Source: Octopus vulgaris (taxonomy: Eukaryota). From it: DNA of 64,000 bases. A program made the translations under genes and the position numbers. Within the stretch, counting starts at the first letter, position 1. Each line of letters starts with the position of its first letter. Below are positions 10,998-23,420 of this stretch, piece after piece. The stretch spans positions 45,198,001-45,262,000 of the forward strand of contig OX597820.1 of NCBI GenBank assembly GCA_951406725.2, written 5' to 3'. The notes beneath the pieces are model-generated. The model saw only the letters and a program-made list of their open reading frames with translations, did no database searches and was not told the origin of the DNA.

Positions 10998-11391
10998 CAC
11001 ACGCGTTACTTACCTACCGTGGTGGTACGTAAATAAACGGCGTAAATTAAAGCGTAAATAAACGAAAGACGACGTAAATACACGAAGTTGACATCTGACG
11101 TCAGATTTCTCTACTTTCACTTCTGACATCCAAAGGCATGACAGTGCCCAAAATGGCTAAAATGGCTATTGCTACAATATGTATAATTCATTAGTTCTTC
11201 TCAATATATCGTTGTCTCTCTCATGTCTTGTGTTAAATATATATATAATCCTATAGCTCGCCCCCTAATTTTATCGATCAGCCTCACGTCTCGTTAAATA
11301 TAGAATAAATATATTTATAATTTTATAGCTCCTTATTTTATACCTACTGATTTTTCCTTTCCAGTGGCGCCCACACATGGCTGCTAGTTTT

Positions 11392-12907
11392 CGCGGGTGT
11401 ACCCACCCCTCCACCGCTACAGGAAGTCCTAAATTTTCTCATCCTTGTTGTCTCCCATGTACACTTCAAAATCTTACGCCACCACCACCTCCTTCCATAA
11501 AAGGTAGTGGTCATTCATTGCAAGATATGTTAGTGTAGCGTACGCGGTTTGAACTTGAGTTTTATTGTTTGTCTATGAATCCTGCCAAACGCGAGTTTTC
11601 TTTTCAGGTTCATGATGCTACTAGGGCCAATACCTCCCACTCCCTCAGGGTTGGCACCCTGAAAAGCAGATCTGGCGAGATCGTTGAATTGCTTGAACGG
11701 AGGTGTGTCGATATATGCTGTATTCAAGAAGTGAGGTGGAGAGGAGGTTCTGCTAGGTTCCTCACAGGCAAAGGCCAGAGGTACAAGATTTTCTGGGCTG
11801 GGAATACTGATGGGGTCGGAGGTGTGGGTATACTTATCGCCAAAAATTGGGTAGATAAGGTAATCGAGGTAGTCAGAGTATGTGACAGAATACTGAAGAT
11901 TAGATTAGTGCTGAAGATAGTTGTGTGCAAAAATGCCACACCCTAGCAGTTGAGGGAACCTGTGGAAGAGGTTGACCCAAGAAAACCTGGGACGAGGTGG
12001 TGAAGCACGACCTTCAAACTTTAGGTCTCACCAAGGAGATGACTAGAGACCGAGACCTATGGAAGTATGCTGTGCGTGAGAAGACCTGGCAAGACTAGTG
12101 AGACCATAACCCGAGGCCTCTACCTGGTATGTAGCCAGTCGACTTATACATACCTTTCCTTTTTGGGACACAAAACTCCACTTGTGAAGACCCGTTGAGG
12201 CAAGTGAAAATGAAAATCAAAATCAAACCAAATCAAATCAGATATCAGAAAGCAGAACCAAAATCGAAGTCGATCAACATCAATGGAAATTGCAGCTGTG
12301 ATACCAGTGCTGGTGACAAGTAAGCGAACCATCCGATCGTGGCCGTTGCCAGCACCGCCCCGACTGGCCTCCGTGCCGGTGGCAGGTAAAGATCACCATC
12401 CGTTCGTGGCCGTTGCCAGCCTCGCCTGGCCTCCGTGCCGATGGCACGTAAAAGCACCATCCGTCTGTGGCCGTTGCAACTCGCCTGGCCCCCGTGCCAG
12501 TGGCACGTAGCACCATCCGTTTGGGGCCGTCGCCAGCCTCGCCTGGCCCCGTGCCGGTGGTACGTAAAAGCACCATCCGTTTGGGGCCATTGCCAGCCTC
12601 GCCTGGCCCCCGTGCCAGTGGCACGTAAAAAGCACCATCCGATTGTGGCCGTTGCCAGCCTCGCCTGGCACGTAAAAAGCACCATCCGTCCGTGGCCGTT
12701 TGCCAGCTCCCCCCGGGACCTGTGCGGGTGGAACGTAAAAAGCACCCACTACACTCATGGAGTGGTTGGCGTTAGGAAGGCCATCCAGTCGTAGAAACAC
12801 TGCCAGATCAGACTGGGCCTGATGCAGCCTTCTGGCTTCACAGACCCCAGTTGAACCGTCCAACCCATGCTAGCATGGAAAGCGGATGCTAAATGATGAT
12901 GATGATG
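11392..12907 (+). mobile_element. Internally deleted RTE-clade LINE: 5' UTR and endonuclease fused to the ORF C-terminus, long tandem-repeat 3' UTR, (GAT)n tail
   Basis: LRVGTL...VDICCIQEVRWRG...GVGILI endonuclease motifs. Near 11915 it jumps to the VEGTCGRG-RPRKTW-like C-terminus. Confidence 0.9.
12325..12750 (+). repeat. ~45-60-bp GC-rich tandem units (caccatccg..tggccgttgccagcctcgcctggcc..gtgcc..ggcacgtaaaa) x~8 in the RTE 3' UTR
   Basis: Seen directly; other copies of this UTR in the window carry fewer units. Confidence 0.9.
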
Positions 12908-13877
12908 CTTCAGCTTTAAAGCCTTTCGTTGTTGTATCCTTACTTTTTGTCTTGAAATGAAGTTTTGCCATTTCGAAATTATTGTCAGAAACCAACCAAG
13001 TTGAATATTCTGACTTACATGTCATCTTCAGATCGTGGAGACATTACTCATATGCATAACTTATTGGCACAGATATCAAGGAATGCAGTATTTTCATATT
13101 TTGGTATTTCGATATGAAGAGTGATGTTTTCTCCCCATTTAAGTTGTGAAAACTATATATCTTTTAAATATATATATCTTTCAACTTTTATCTTTTATGT
13201 CTTTCATTCATTAGATTCCTACCATGCCATGCACATAAATTGCTGGAATGCAATATATGCCTGTGTATGTATGTATATATACATATGTACACATGTATGT
13301 GTATACATACATAAATATATGTTTGTGTAGATGCATATGTATGTATACAAGTGTATATACACAGGTATGCATATAGAGATATATTCATAGTGCTGCTGCT
13401 CTATTCAATAGGTATTATTCTCTTTCTGAATAATAGCAATTTTGACACAGTATGAAGGCAGACATTGTGGAAATTTTGTCAGTAGTATTATGAATGGAAC
13501 AGATTCTGGTATTTCTTAAAATATGTACAGGATGACATCATTTAGGATCCCGAGGACATTCCTGAAGCTGGCTCTGATGCTGCTTTTTCTTGATGCATCC
13601 AGTTTAAAGCCTTTTGTTGTTGTATTCTTACTTTGTATTGAAATGAATTTTTTGAATTTGTTGTCATCACAAAACAACAAATTCAAATATCCTGACCTGC
13701 ATATCATCTGCAAATTGTTTAGACATTACCTGTATTCATAATTCATACGTATGTTGTGTCACATTCATATACCCGATGAATGCAAAGCTAAGAATGCAGT
13801 GTTTCCATATTTGGTATGTGTATATAAAGGGGAGCATTCTAACCCCACCCAAATAGTTAAAACTACATATACTTAAA

Positions 13878-13917
<40 letters not shown>

Positions 13918-14092
13918 ACTTTTTTATCCAAGTCTGAGTTCAGATCCCACTCGGGTCAACTTTGCCTTTCATTCCTCCAGTGTCGTATCAGTCAACTACT
14001 GGGTTGGGTAAGAGTTAATGTGATTGACTAGTTCCCTCTAAAATTCCTGTCTTTGTACCAAAATTAGAAGGAATTATTATTATTTTTTATTA

Positions 14093-14335
14093 TAAGGCAG
14101 CGAGCTGACAGAATTGTTAGCATACCTTGTGAAATGCTTAGCAGCATTTCATCTGTCTTTATATTCTGAGTTCAAATTCTGCTGAGGTTGACTTTGCTTA
14201 CATCTTTTTTGGGGTTGATAAATTAAGTACCAGTTGAGTATTAGGGTCGATCTAATCGACTAGTTGCCTCCCACAAAATTTCAGGCCTTGTGCCTTTAGT
14301 AGAATGGATTATTATTATTATTATTATTATTATTA
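14093..14335 (+). mobile_element. tRNA-derived SINE (family C) with (ATT)n tail
   Basis: aaggcagcgagctgacagaat...gagttcaaattct; a partial second copy lies just upstream (13930-14090). Confidence 0.85.
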
Positions 14336-14459
14336 TGCAATACATCAAAACAATCTGAGAAAAAGAACGATAAAAGAATTATATCTTGCAGTTAACAGAC
14401 ACATCAGTGTCTCCCATTGTGACTTCCTAGCAAAATCCAAACCTGGACTTAAATTACAT

Positions 14460-15084
14460 TCATGCATCTATCACAAATAGATGCTGCCTCTTTTCTTTCT
14501 TTTCTTAAAATTTTTTTCTCTTTTTCCCACTTTGCTTTTTGGAACTTTAAATCCTCTCCTTTAAACACTCATATGTCAAAACTGAGAGGAGCCCATGCTC
14601 TGGACAGAGGACGAGGATTGGCCTTCACAGGTGACTATGAAGGTCATATCGGATGTCGCTATGTTCAGGGTGATGGGCGCCTTCTCGAAGGACATATTCA
14701 GATTTGCATTCTGGGGCCCCGACCTGGGCCTGGAGTAATGCCTAAGGGTAGCATACAGCCTGGTCGGGGAGGAGGATGATTGAGTTTTGTGAACTATGTT
14801 ATTATTTGTAATGGAATATGAAGTCCAAAAAATTGAAAAAAATTGTGAAAACTGTAAGAGGTTTAATACCTCGTTTTGTGTTTGTTTTTAAAGAACAATG
14901 TTTTAGAGAAGCAAAAGTTGGCGGGCGCTTTTTGTATTCTCCCATCCTTATCATCATTGTTTCATTATCATTCATTTCATTAATGTCCTTGTCCAGCCTG
15001 CAAAGCTACTATACTCTATGTACTGCCTTTATGGCAAATATAATGAAATAAAGCAGAATATCATTTGTTAAAAAAAAAAAAAAA
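14460..15084 (+). mobile_element. Poly(A)-tailed retroposed segment (LINE 3' end or retrocopy)
   Basis: AATAAA at ~15047 followed by A16 at 15069-15084; GC-richer body. The 5' boundary is uncertain. Confidence 0.45.
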
Positions 15085-15423
15085 CTGATGTGAGTGACCA
15101 TCATCATTATTATTTGTACCAATGTATGAAATTATTATTAGTACTTGTGATGTCATCAATGACTGGATGTTTGAATACTCTTTTGACAAATTCAATTTGT
15201 TAATTCTCTTTAGTGAAACTTCTTCACAGATTGAAGGTTGTTATTCAATGACAGATGGGGAGATATTGAAAGTGAAAGGAGTCAGCTGTTACATGGAACC
15301 AGTTCTACTTCGTTCTCTTGTAAAATACATTTTGTTGATATATGAATAAAGTGTTTAATTATTTGGTTATTGTTGTTGATTTATTATTAATAAAAGGGGA
15401 TTTTTTTGTTTGTTATTTTATAT

Positions 15424-15652
15424 TTAACTCTTTAGCATTCAGATTACTTTGTCAAATATAATACTTATTTATTCATATTCATTTTGAATTTGTCATACAT
15501 TTTCTTGTAGATTTGAGATTTCAATGAAATGGTTGTTTATTTTTAGAATAATATTGTAAGGTAGCTGTGAAAGGCCAGATCTGGTCAGTTTAAATATAAA
15601 ACCAGTAGAATATTTTGGCCAGACATAGCCAGGTTAAATGCTAAAGGATTAA
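15424..15652. mobile_element. TTAA-flanked piggyBac-type MITE
   Basis: ttaactctttagcatt ... aatgctaaaggattaa inverted termini. Confidence 0.75.
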
Positions 15653-16869
15653 AGAAAATCAGCTTTTTTGTGTATTTACATCACCAGATGTGTATCCCAC
15701 ATCACCAGTTCTGCTTACCAAAAGTGGCCCACTTGGCACCGTGCATTTGTCGTGTTGCAATGGCTGTGACATACAGCCACCTGCTCTATTCTGGTTGAGC
15801 ATACATTAAAGTATAGAAATATTATTAGATTGATCTGCTGAGCAAAGTTTAATAGGTGTAGGTGGGGATGTGTGGTTAAGATTGTTTTGCACCCCTGTGG
15901 TTTTGGCTTCAGTCTCGCTGTATGGCACACTTGGGCAAGTGTCTTCTATAGCCCTGGGTCAACCAATTTCTTGTGAGTGGATTTGATAAATGGAAACTGA
16001 AAGAACCCTGTCATATATATATCATCATCATCTGGCATGGGTTGGATTATTTGACAGGAGCTGGCCAGGCAGGACTTCTGTGTCTGTTTTGGCAGGGTCT
16101 TTATGGCTGGATGCCTTTCCTAACACTAGTTACCCAGCAGAGTGAACCTTGTATATATATTTTTTAAATCACTATCATCATTTAACATCCATTTTCCATA
16201 CTAGCATGGGTTGGATGGTTTGACAGAAGCTGGCCTACAGGAGAATTTCCCAGGCTCCAATTGTGTTTTGGTATGGTTTCTATGGTTAGATGCTCTTCAT
16301 AATGTCAGCCATTTTACAGTGTACTGGGAGCCCTTTAGGTGGTACCAGCACAAGTGTTTTTATATGGCACCATATATAATATTGTGTCCTTCTCCCCACT
16401 GTTTGACAATCGGTGTCAGTTAATTTACATCCAATAACTTAGTGGTTTGGCAAAAGAGCCCACTAGAATAACTTCCAGACTTCAAAAAAAAAAAAAAGGG
16501 CTGGTGTTATGTTTGACTAAACCCTTCACAGCAGCGCTCCAGCATGACCGTAGTTCAAAGACTGTAACAAGTAAATATTCAGTTGACTCAACTGTTCCTA
16601 TTTACCTCTAGTATACAACTGATTCTGATTGATTGGGATGGTTGACATTTCATTTCTGTGATTCTGTCAGTCACCATGTGAAAATAATGATGAGGGACCA
16701 AGGACACACATTATTGGGTCCTTGGTTCTCTAAAGGAGACTACGGCAGCAGTATTGGATATTAAGTTATCACCAAGCTAACATGGCAGTCCAGAAAAATA
16801 GGACGAATGCTGCAGTTGATTGGCTCCAAGAGGCCATCGCCTCTAGCTAGCTATGTGACACACAAACCT

Positions 16870-17567
16870 GTGTCCATAATGTTTATAGTCAAAAAAGCTT
16901 GCATTTCTGTAGTATCAGTTGGCTGCCATAGTGGATTGGGTCTTTCACAAATAGAAATTATATGTTGAGCATATTTGTTTCCTCTGAGACAGTTTCAAAA
17001 AACTTTTCGGTAAAAATAAAATATTTAGTCCAATGGGTGAGCATTGGGAGGTAGACTGTATTGTGGATTAGTCTTTTCTGTGGAATCTGGGAATTGTGGT
17101 TGATGTAGTAATCTTCAGCCATATTGCTGTATTGTTTTCAATACCATTTTCATCACTTTCATTCTCAAAATCTTCCTCATCTGATGAAGATTCATAAATG
17201 TCAATATGATTCATCCGAAGACAAATCACTGTTGTTTTTGTTTATATTTTGTACATCATCATGAGTAAAACCTTCAAAGTTGGAATTGTTACTTGCTGAT
17301 GCAATATCATTAAAAACTGAGATATCCACTTCTCATCAAACATTGAAAAAAAACCAAGAAGTTAAAAAAATTTCACCGTATTTTTACTTGATTAAAGCCA
17401 CGGAAGGCTTTATCTCACAGCTACAAGAATTCAATAATGTCATTTGTCTTTTTGTTTTTTTAGCGACTTCGTAGAGGAATCAGATACAGCTGGATTTGGC
17501 TGGTTCATACAAGTAAAGGGGAATAATTTTTGACCAGTTTTGGCTGGTCTAAACACTAAAGGGTTAA
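16870..17567 (-). mobile_element. piggyBac transposon 5' remnant (pseudogenised transposase N-terminus)
   Basis: Terminus TTAA-CCCTTT at 17567. Acidic N-terminus, then PLD...ETVSEETN...WQPTDTTEMQAFL, with stops and frameshifts. Confidence 0.8.
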
Positions 17568-18497
17568 GGTAGACTCAAATCAAACACTCCTTGATTAGAG
17601 GAATTCCTGTTGTGACCACTTTATCTTTTTGCCCAATGTATATTTATAACAGTAGGGTGTGATTTTGTTGAGATTTAGCTGCTTTTTCTCTCTAGTTTAG
17701 TGATCACATGAAGCTCACTTAAAGCAAGGTAGACTGGATCATTTGAAAGGTAAGTGTCTTGACCACAAATAATGAACATCATTGGTGATAAAGTACGAAT
17801 CATGGATCCATATCTCTTGTTTGCTTGACACGGCTGTTCATGCTCTCAGGATGAATTATATAAGTTCCAGCATACTATAATACTTCCCTTGTTATCCTTC
17901 TTGGTCAGTTCTGATGAAAGATGCTTCTGCAGTGACTGTCTGTTGTTAATTTCAAGAACAAATCCATCAGACTTGACACTGCCTTTTTGTTTAACCTCAA
18001 GTTAGCTCTGACCAAGGGTGCTCTAGGTACGACTCTCCAATTTTTTTATTCGGTCAACAAATACATCATACTATTACACCTTTGTTTACTCTCAAGATAT
18101 CTCTGATCTGGCAGACCTCTAGTTAAAGATGTTCCATTTTACTGTGACTCCTTGTTGCTGTTTAATCCCAAGATCAGCTCTAATTCAGCAGATCTCTGAT
18201 TAATGATATTCCAGCACTGACACTATTTTTTATTCAGATAATGAATTATGACAGTTCACTTGTCACTATTTATCCTTCAAGATCAGTCTGGTTCAGCACA
18301 CTTATGATCACAGATGTTCAGGCAGGAATAACTTATATTCAGATAATCGGAAAAAACACTCTGTAAAGTGGTTGGTATCAGGAAGGGCATCCAACCATAG
18401 AAACCATGCCGAAATGGACGACTGGTGCCTGGTGCGGTCCTCCAGTTTACCAGCTCCTTTTGAACCATACAACCCATGCCATTATAGAGAATAGCCA

Positions 18498-18798
18498 TTA
18501 ATCCTTTACCTGGCAAAGACGAGTTAACTTGTCTTCATCCAATTTGTCTATTTCAGAATGTGACATGTAAATTCATCCAAAACATAATTTCAAAAACAGC
18601 CACAGATGAGTTTATATGTAAAAAATTTGGTTTTTATGTGTGTTGTTTTTACAAACTATGCTCAGAAGATGATGATGAGTATGAGCCTTCTATTAGAAGC
18701 TTGGATACATTAGATGAGAGTGCAAGCTCGTCTGATAAAGAGAATTCGTCTGAAAATGAAATGTTTTCTTCAAAAATAGTCACTAGGGAAGGGATTAA
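18498..18798 (+). mobile_element. piggyBac-derived deletion derivative
   Basis: TTAA at both ends with imperfect TIRs (tcctttacctgg / ctagggaaggga); encodes an acidic DDDEYEPS...SSSDKENSSENE stretch. Confidence 0.6.
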
Positions 18799-19909
18799 AT
18801 GATGATGATATCCAATATTAGAAGACTGAACTAGGGATTTAGCTGATATTTCTTGCTGGTTCTACAACAATGTAGTGGACTTTTTCACTAAGAGGCAAGG
18901 AACACATTCTTTTTACAAATTATGGGTAGCAGAAATCTAAATTTAATAGCAAAAAAACTTGAAAAGAGATATAATTGATGGCAATCTCTGAAAAACAATG
19001 CAAGAGTTATGTTAACGTTATGAGAATCTTCTCGTTCATTATCATGTCCAAAAACCTGTTGGACATAATAGTTCCATTACATAATTAAAATTCTCCAAAA
19101 AACAACAAGTTTCTTAACTTAAATTTTGTCAGTTAATGTATTCTATTTTGTGTGGAAAACACAGTGAGAATTTACACACATACGTAGCTGTCAAACAACA
19201 CTAATTCAGGCTCTGTATGTATGAGTATGTGAGATGTTAGCCTGTGTGTGTGTGTATACACACACACACATACACATATATACATGCATGCTTGTCTTTG
19301 TGTGTGTGTGTGTGTGTAAATATATATATATATATATATGCATGCTTGTGTGTGTGTGTGTGTGTGTATATATACACACATACAGAGACAAGCATGCATG
19401 TGTAGTTGTAAAGGAAATTGAATGATCCTATATAGTTATATATTTATAACTGAGTGAATACATATTTGTTTTTGTATATATATATTAGAAGGCAATGTCT
19501 ACATATACAATGTAAAAAGATACATATACGATATAAAAACAAATGTGTATTCATATACAGGAGTGAAAAGGCTAGACAAACAAAAGTAGGCGTGTTGAGT
19601 GTATTTACATGGAATGAAAAATAAACAAAAGGAATGATGTAATAGTTTTAACTTTACAGCTGTTTCAGATTATACATTGTTGCCAGAACCATGTATATTA
19701 TATACAGAGAGAAAATTGCTCATAAATATAATAAAGCAAGAGAATCCTATCAAAGAGTAGACAATGTTAATAGATACTGAATGGTAAAAGTAGTTGAGAT
19801 ATTGTCAGGGATAACAGGATTTTGCCTCATGGATCTATAAAAATTAATTTTATTCCCTACATCTGTGATATTGGACTTTCCAATCATGGTTCATCTGAAA
19901 CAGCTGTAA

Positions 19910-20682
19910 TTAGTAGTGAGAGAGTATGTACCAAATGTATAATGGCTAGAATAACAATAGGATGGAGGAAATTCAGGGAGCTTTTACCACTGTTGGCAAC
20001 CAAAGGTTTCTTTCTCTGAGTGAAAGGAAGATTGTTTGATACATGTATACAAATAGCAATTCTACATGGTAATGAGATATAGACCCTGAATGCAGAAGAC
20101 ATATGAAGGCTAGAGAGGAACGAAGTTAGCATACTCTACTGGATATGTAATGTAAATATACATGTTTGGACAGATTGTTAGTGTATTGAGAGAGAAGTTA
20201 GGCATAAGAGGGATTAGATGCAGTGTGCAAGAGAGAAATCTGCACTGGTTTGGTTATGTGATGTGGATGGATGCCAACAGCTTCATGAAGACATGCTGAT
20301 CTCTCAAAGCAGATGGAGCATGTGGAAGAGGGAGACCAAGAAAGATATGGTATGAAGTACTGAAGGACCACCTCAGGACACTGGACCTTTCTGATGAGAT
20401 GACAAAGACCAAGATATATGAACCTTACTGTGCTCAAAAAGGTTACTCTCCCTGGTGAAGAGGATTGGCCTGTAAGTGTTCTGTGCTGGTGCCACATAAA
20501 AGCACTTGTGCAGTGCCACGGTAAAAGTGCCCAGCGCATGCTGTAAAGTGGTTGGAGTTAAGAAGGGCATCCAACTGTTGAAACCATGCCAAATCAGACT
20601 GGAGCCTGGTGCAGCTCTCTGGCTTGACAGCTCTGGTCAAACTGTCCAACCCATGCCAGCATATAAAATGGACTTTAATGAT
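19910..20682 (+). mobile_element. Degenerate RTE LINE 3' portion
   Basis: ARITIGWRKFRELLPLL, LHWFGYV and GRGRPRKIW motifs plus the shared 3' UTR. Confidence 0.85.
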
Positions 20683-21172
20683 GTGACTGATTCCATTTAC
20701 TTGAACCTGCTATAACAATCTGTTATGTTGAGCATTCAAGAGGACCTCAAAAATGTGGAGTTTTATTTCCAGCAAGATGGGGCACCACAACACTACTATT
20801 GTAATTGCTAAAGAGGAAGATTGGATGAAGTGGTTCAGTTGAATACCTTGTTCATTCATGAGGCCACACCACTAGACATTATTTTATAGGGATACTTATA
20901 AGATAATGTTTATGCTACAAAATTGGCTGCAGTTGAATTGAGGGCATCCATTGAACAAGAATGCACACAAATACCCAGCAAAATGTTTTTTGATGTTTAT
21001 GATTCATTGCTTCACATTATCAGCAATGCATGGTAATCAGTTTGAAAACAAGTGTTCATAAAAGAATTAGTTTGTTGATTCCATTAAATTTTGAAAATGA
21101 AATGTATTTTAATAAACACTGACCTTATAATCATTCAAGGAAGTTGTGTATACATCTCTTTGGATATCCTAT
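20683..21172 (+). mobile_element. maT/DD37D-type Tc1-mariner 3' remnant
   Basis: FYFQQDGAPQHY...GYL motifs; homologous to 25653-26220 in the opposite orientation. Confidence 0.75.
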
Positions 21173-21231
21173 ACACACACACGTGTGTGTGTTATATATA
21201 GTTATATATGAGTGCATGTATATATGTATGC

Positions 21232-21925
21232 ATCATCATCATCATCGTTTAACGTCTGTTTTCCATGCTAGCATGGGTTGAACGGTTCAAACAGTTGAAG
21301 GCTCCAGTCTGATCTGGTAGTGTTTCTACGGCTGGATGCCCTTCCTAACGCCAACCACTCCATGACTGTAGTGGGTGCGTTTTATGTGCCACCGGCATGG
21401 GGGCCAGAGGGGGCTGGCAACGGCCGGAATCGGTTGGTGCTTTTTACGTGCCACCAACATGGACGCCAGTCAAGGTGGTGCTGGCATCAGCCACGTTCGG
21501 ATGGTTCCTTTTTACATGCTACCAGCATGGATATCATGACTACAATTTCCATTTGATTTATATTTTGATGTTGATGTACTTGACTCAGTAGGTCTCCTCA
21601 AGCACAGCAGGTTGTCCTACGATCCAAGGTAAGCACAGCAGGCTGTCCTGCGAGCCATGAACTCACTTCATTTGTCGGGTCTTCGTAGTCACAGCATATC
21701 TCCAGACGTCTCAGTCTTTCGTCATTGCCTCTGTGAGGCCCAACATTCGAAGGTCATGTTTGACCACCTCATCCTATTTTCTTCCTGGGTTTACCTCTAT
21801 CCCAGATTCCTTCAACTGTTTGGGAGTGGCACTTCTTCACACATCTCTCCTCATCCATCCATAGTACATGACCATACCAGCGCAAACGTCTCTCTTGCAC
21901 GCCACATCTGATGCTTCTTATCTCC
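21232..21925 (-). mobile_element. RTE LINE 3' end with (GAT)n tail
   Basis: RLRWYGHVLWMDE...GRGKPRKK motifs and the family 3' UTR. Confidence 0.85.
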
Positions 21926-21957
21926 AATAAATAAAGAACAACATGAATGATGTGTCA

Positions 21958-22043
21958 ATTCACTACAGCTGTTTCCAATGAAATTTTAATTGATTATTGG
22001 AGACATTACATCATTAGAAAAAAACCATTTTCGTCAGGTGAAT
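21958..22043 (-). ncRNA. Type I hammerhead ribozyme with extended stem II
   Basis: attcac-CTGACGA-aaatg...cattg-GAAAC-agct-GTA-gtgaat. Perfect 6-bp stem I and intact core; the stem II closing pair is mismatched. Confidence 0.75.
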
Positions 22044-22944
22044 ACATGAACCACAACATTCAGAAGCCAATGGCATGTGCACCTTCATGATTCTTTGGCC
22101 CTTACTGGTCTGATCTATTATTATGACTATTATTATTATCATTATCATCGTCATCATTATTATTATTATCATACACACACATACATACATGCACAATGTG
22201 TATCACACAAGTGTACTAATAATCTTATACGCATTTACTTGTGAGTATGGTATATGTAAAAACTATGTGCATTCATGTACACAAACACCAAATTTGAATG
22301 CGTCTCCAATGTCTTGATGATTGCATGACTACAAAGTTAACAATTTGTGTGTGAATGTGTCAGAGATATTCCTGTGTATGTGTAACCACACAATGAACAA
22401 AACGTTTCTATGAATGTATTCAAGAAAGACGTTTTAGCGTATATGTGATTACAAATTGAACAACACACTTTTGTGTATGTATAGTTGTATGTATTTATCA
22501 ATATGTCTGTGTGTGTGTGTATATATATATATGTGTGTGTGTGTATGCATGAATAATGTTTTAGTGTATGTCTGACTACAAAAGCTACCATAAATGAAAC
22601 AGCAAAAATAATGATTAGATAAAATCTCAGTTAAGAAAACAATGTAAAGATGTTATGTCACAGAAATGCAGTGAAGCAAATAGGCTATACTTGTAGGTCG
22701 TACAGGGAAGATATTATATCTGAATGGTGGTAGTGTTGTTTTTTTTTTTTTTTTATATATTTTAAAAGTATTTTTGTTGGTTTTGTCTATGTTCTTGCTA
22801 GAGGTGGTGGTGGTGGCAGTGGTGGTTATGTTGTCATTGTTGTTGTTATTGGTGTCTTCATGGTAGTTAGAAGAGTAGGTAGGACTGTGAGAGTAATATC
22901 TTAGAACAATCAGCCTACTGAAATAACCTGAATCACTACGTCTA

Positions 22945-22981
<37 letters not shown>

Positions 22982-23379
22982 TATAATATAATGTAATATT
23001 TAGCTACCTGTGTTATGGTTATCTTGTCTGGTAGCATGTTGGATTAAATTCAGCTGTTGGATATCTCCTTTACATTGTATTGTTATCAACAGAGGAATAA
23101 CTGAAGGAATATATATATATGTATTTATCCTCTCAAACATACAGATAAATACATCCACGAGTGCACACATATAGATTGATAGATATATATATACTTACAC
23201 ACAGACACAAGCTCACACACGCAGACACACATTTACATATCTGTGTCTGTGACTGTGTGTGTGTGTATGTATGAGTTTATGTTTCTACCATGTGTAAGCA
23301 TCTAGATATGTAGAACTGAAATTTCAAGTCTAGAGAATAGAGTAAAAAAAAAAAAAATACTCCAAAAACAAGTTGATAG

Positions 23380-23420
<41 letters not shown>

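Larger units (their letters stand above)
8956..11148 (+). mobile_element. Merlin (IS1595/IS1016-related) DNA transposon, apparently full length
   Basis: 8-bp TSD CAAAATGG (8948-8955 and 11149-11156); ~50-bp TIRs (actgtcatgcctttggatgtcagaagtgaaag...tgacgtca); single transposase ORF. Confidence 0.95.
8163..11176 (-). mobile_element. Probable solo LTR (~0.8 kb), interrupted by the Merlin element
   Basis: Minus strand starts TGTAGC, has TATAAAA near 8785 and AATAAA ~60 bp before the end, and ends ...GGAAAATA (degenerate ACA). It splits an otherwise contiguous repeat; flanks are atata/atatg. Confidence 0.5.
7459..11391. repeat. ~410-bp direct repeat: copy 1 at 7459-7871; copy 2 split into 7966-8162 and 11177-11391 by a 3-kb insertion
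   Basis: Near-identical sequence blocks visible by eye. Confidence 0.9.

Noticed and set aside
12245-12863. Overlapping 110-166 aa ORFs
   Set aside because: Artefacts of the GC-rich tandem units in the RTE 3' UTR.
15719-15780. Small minus-strand exon candidate with a GTAAG donor
   Set aside because: Weak acceptor, no recognisable peptide and no phase link to the 3799-4037 exon.
19656-19908. Complete hammerheads at the two GAAACAGCTGTA motifs
   Set aside because: No intact upstream CTGANGA; counted only as relics.
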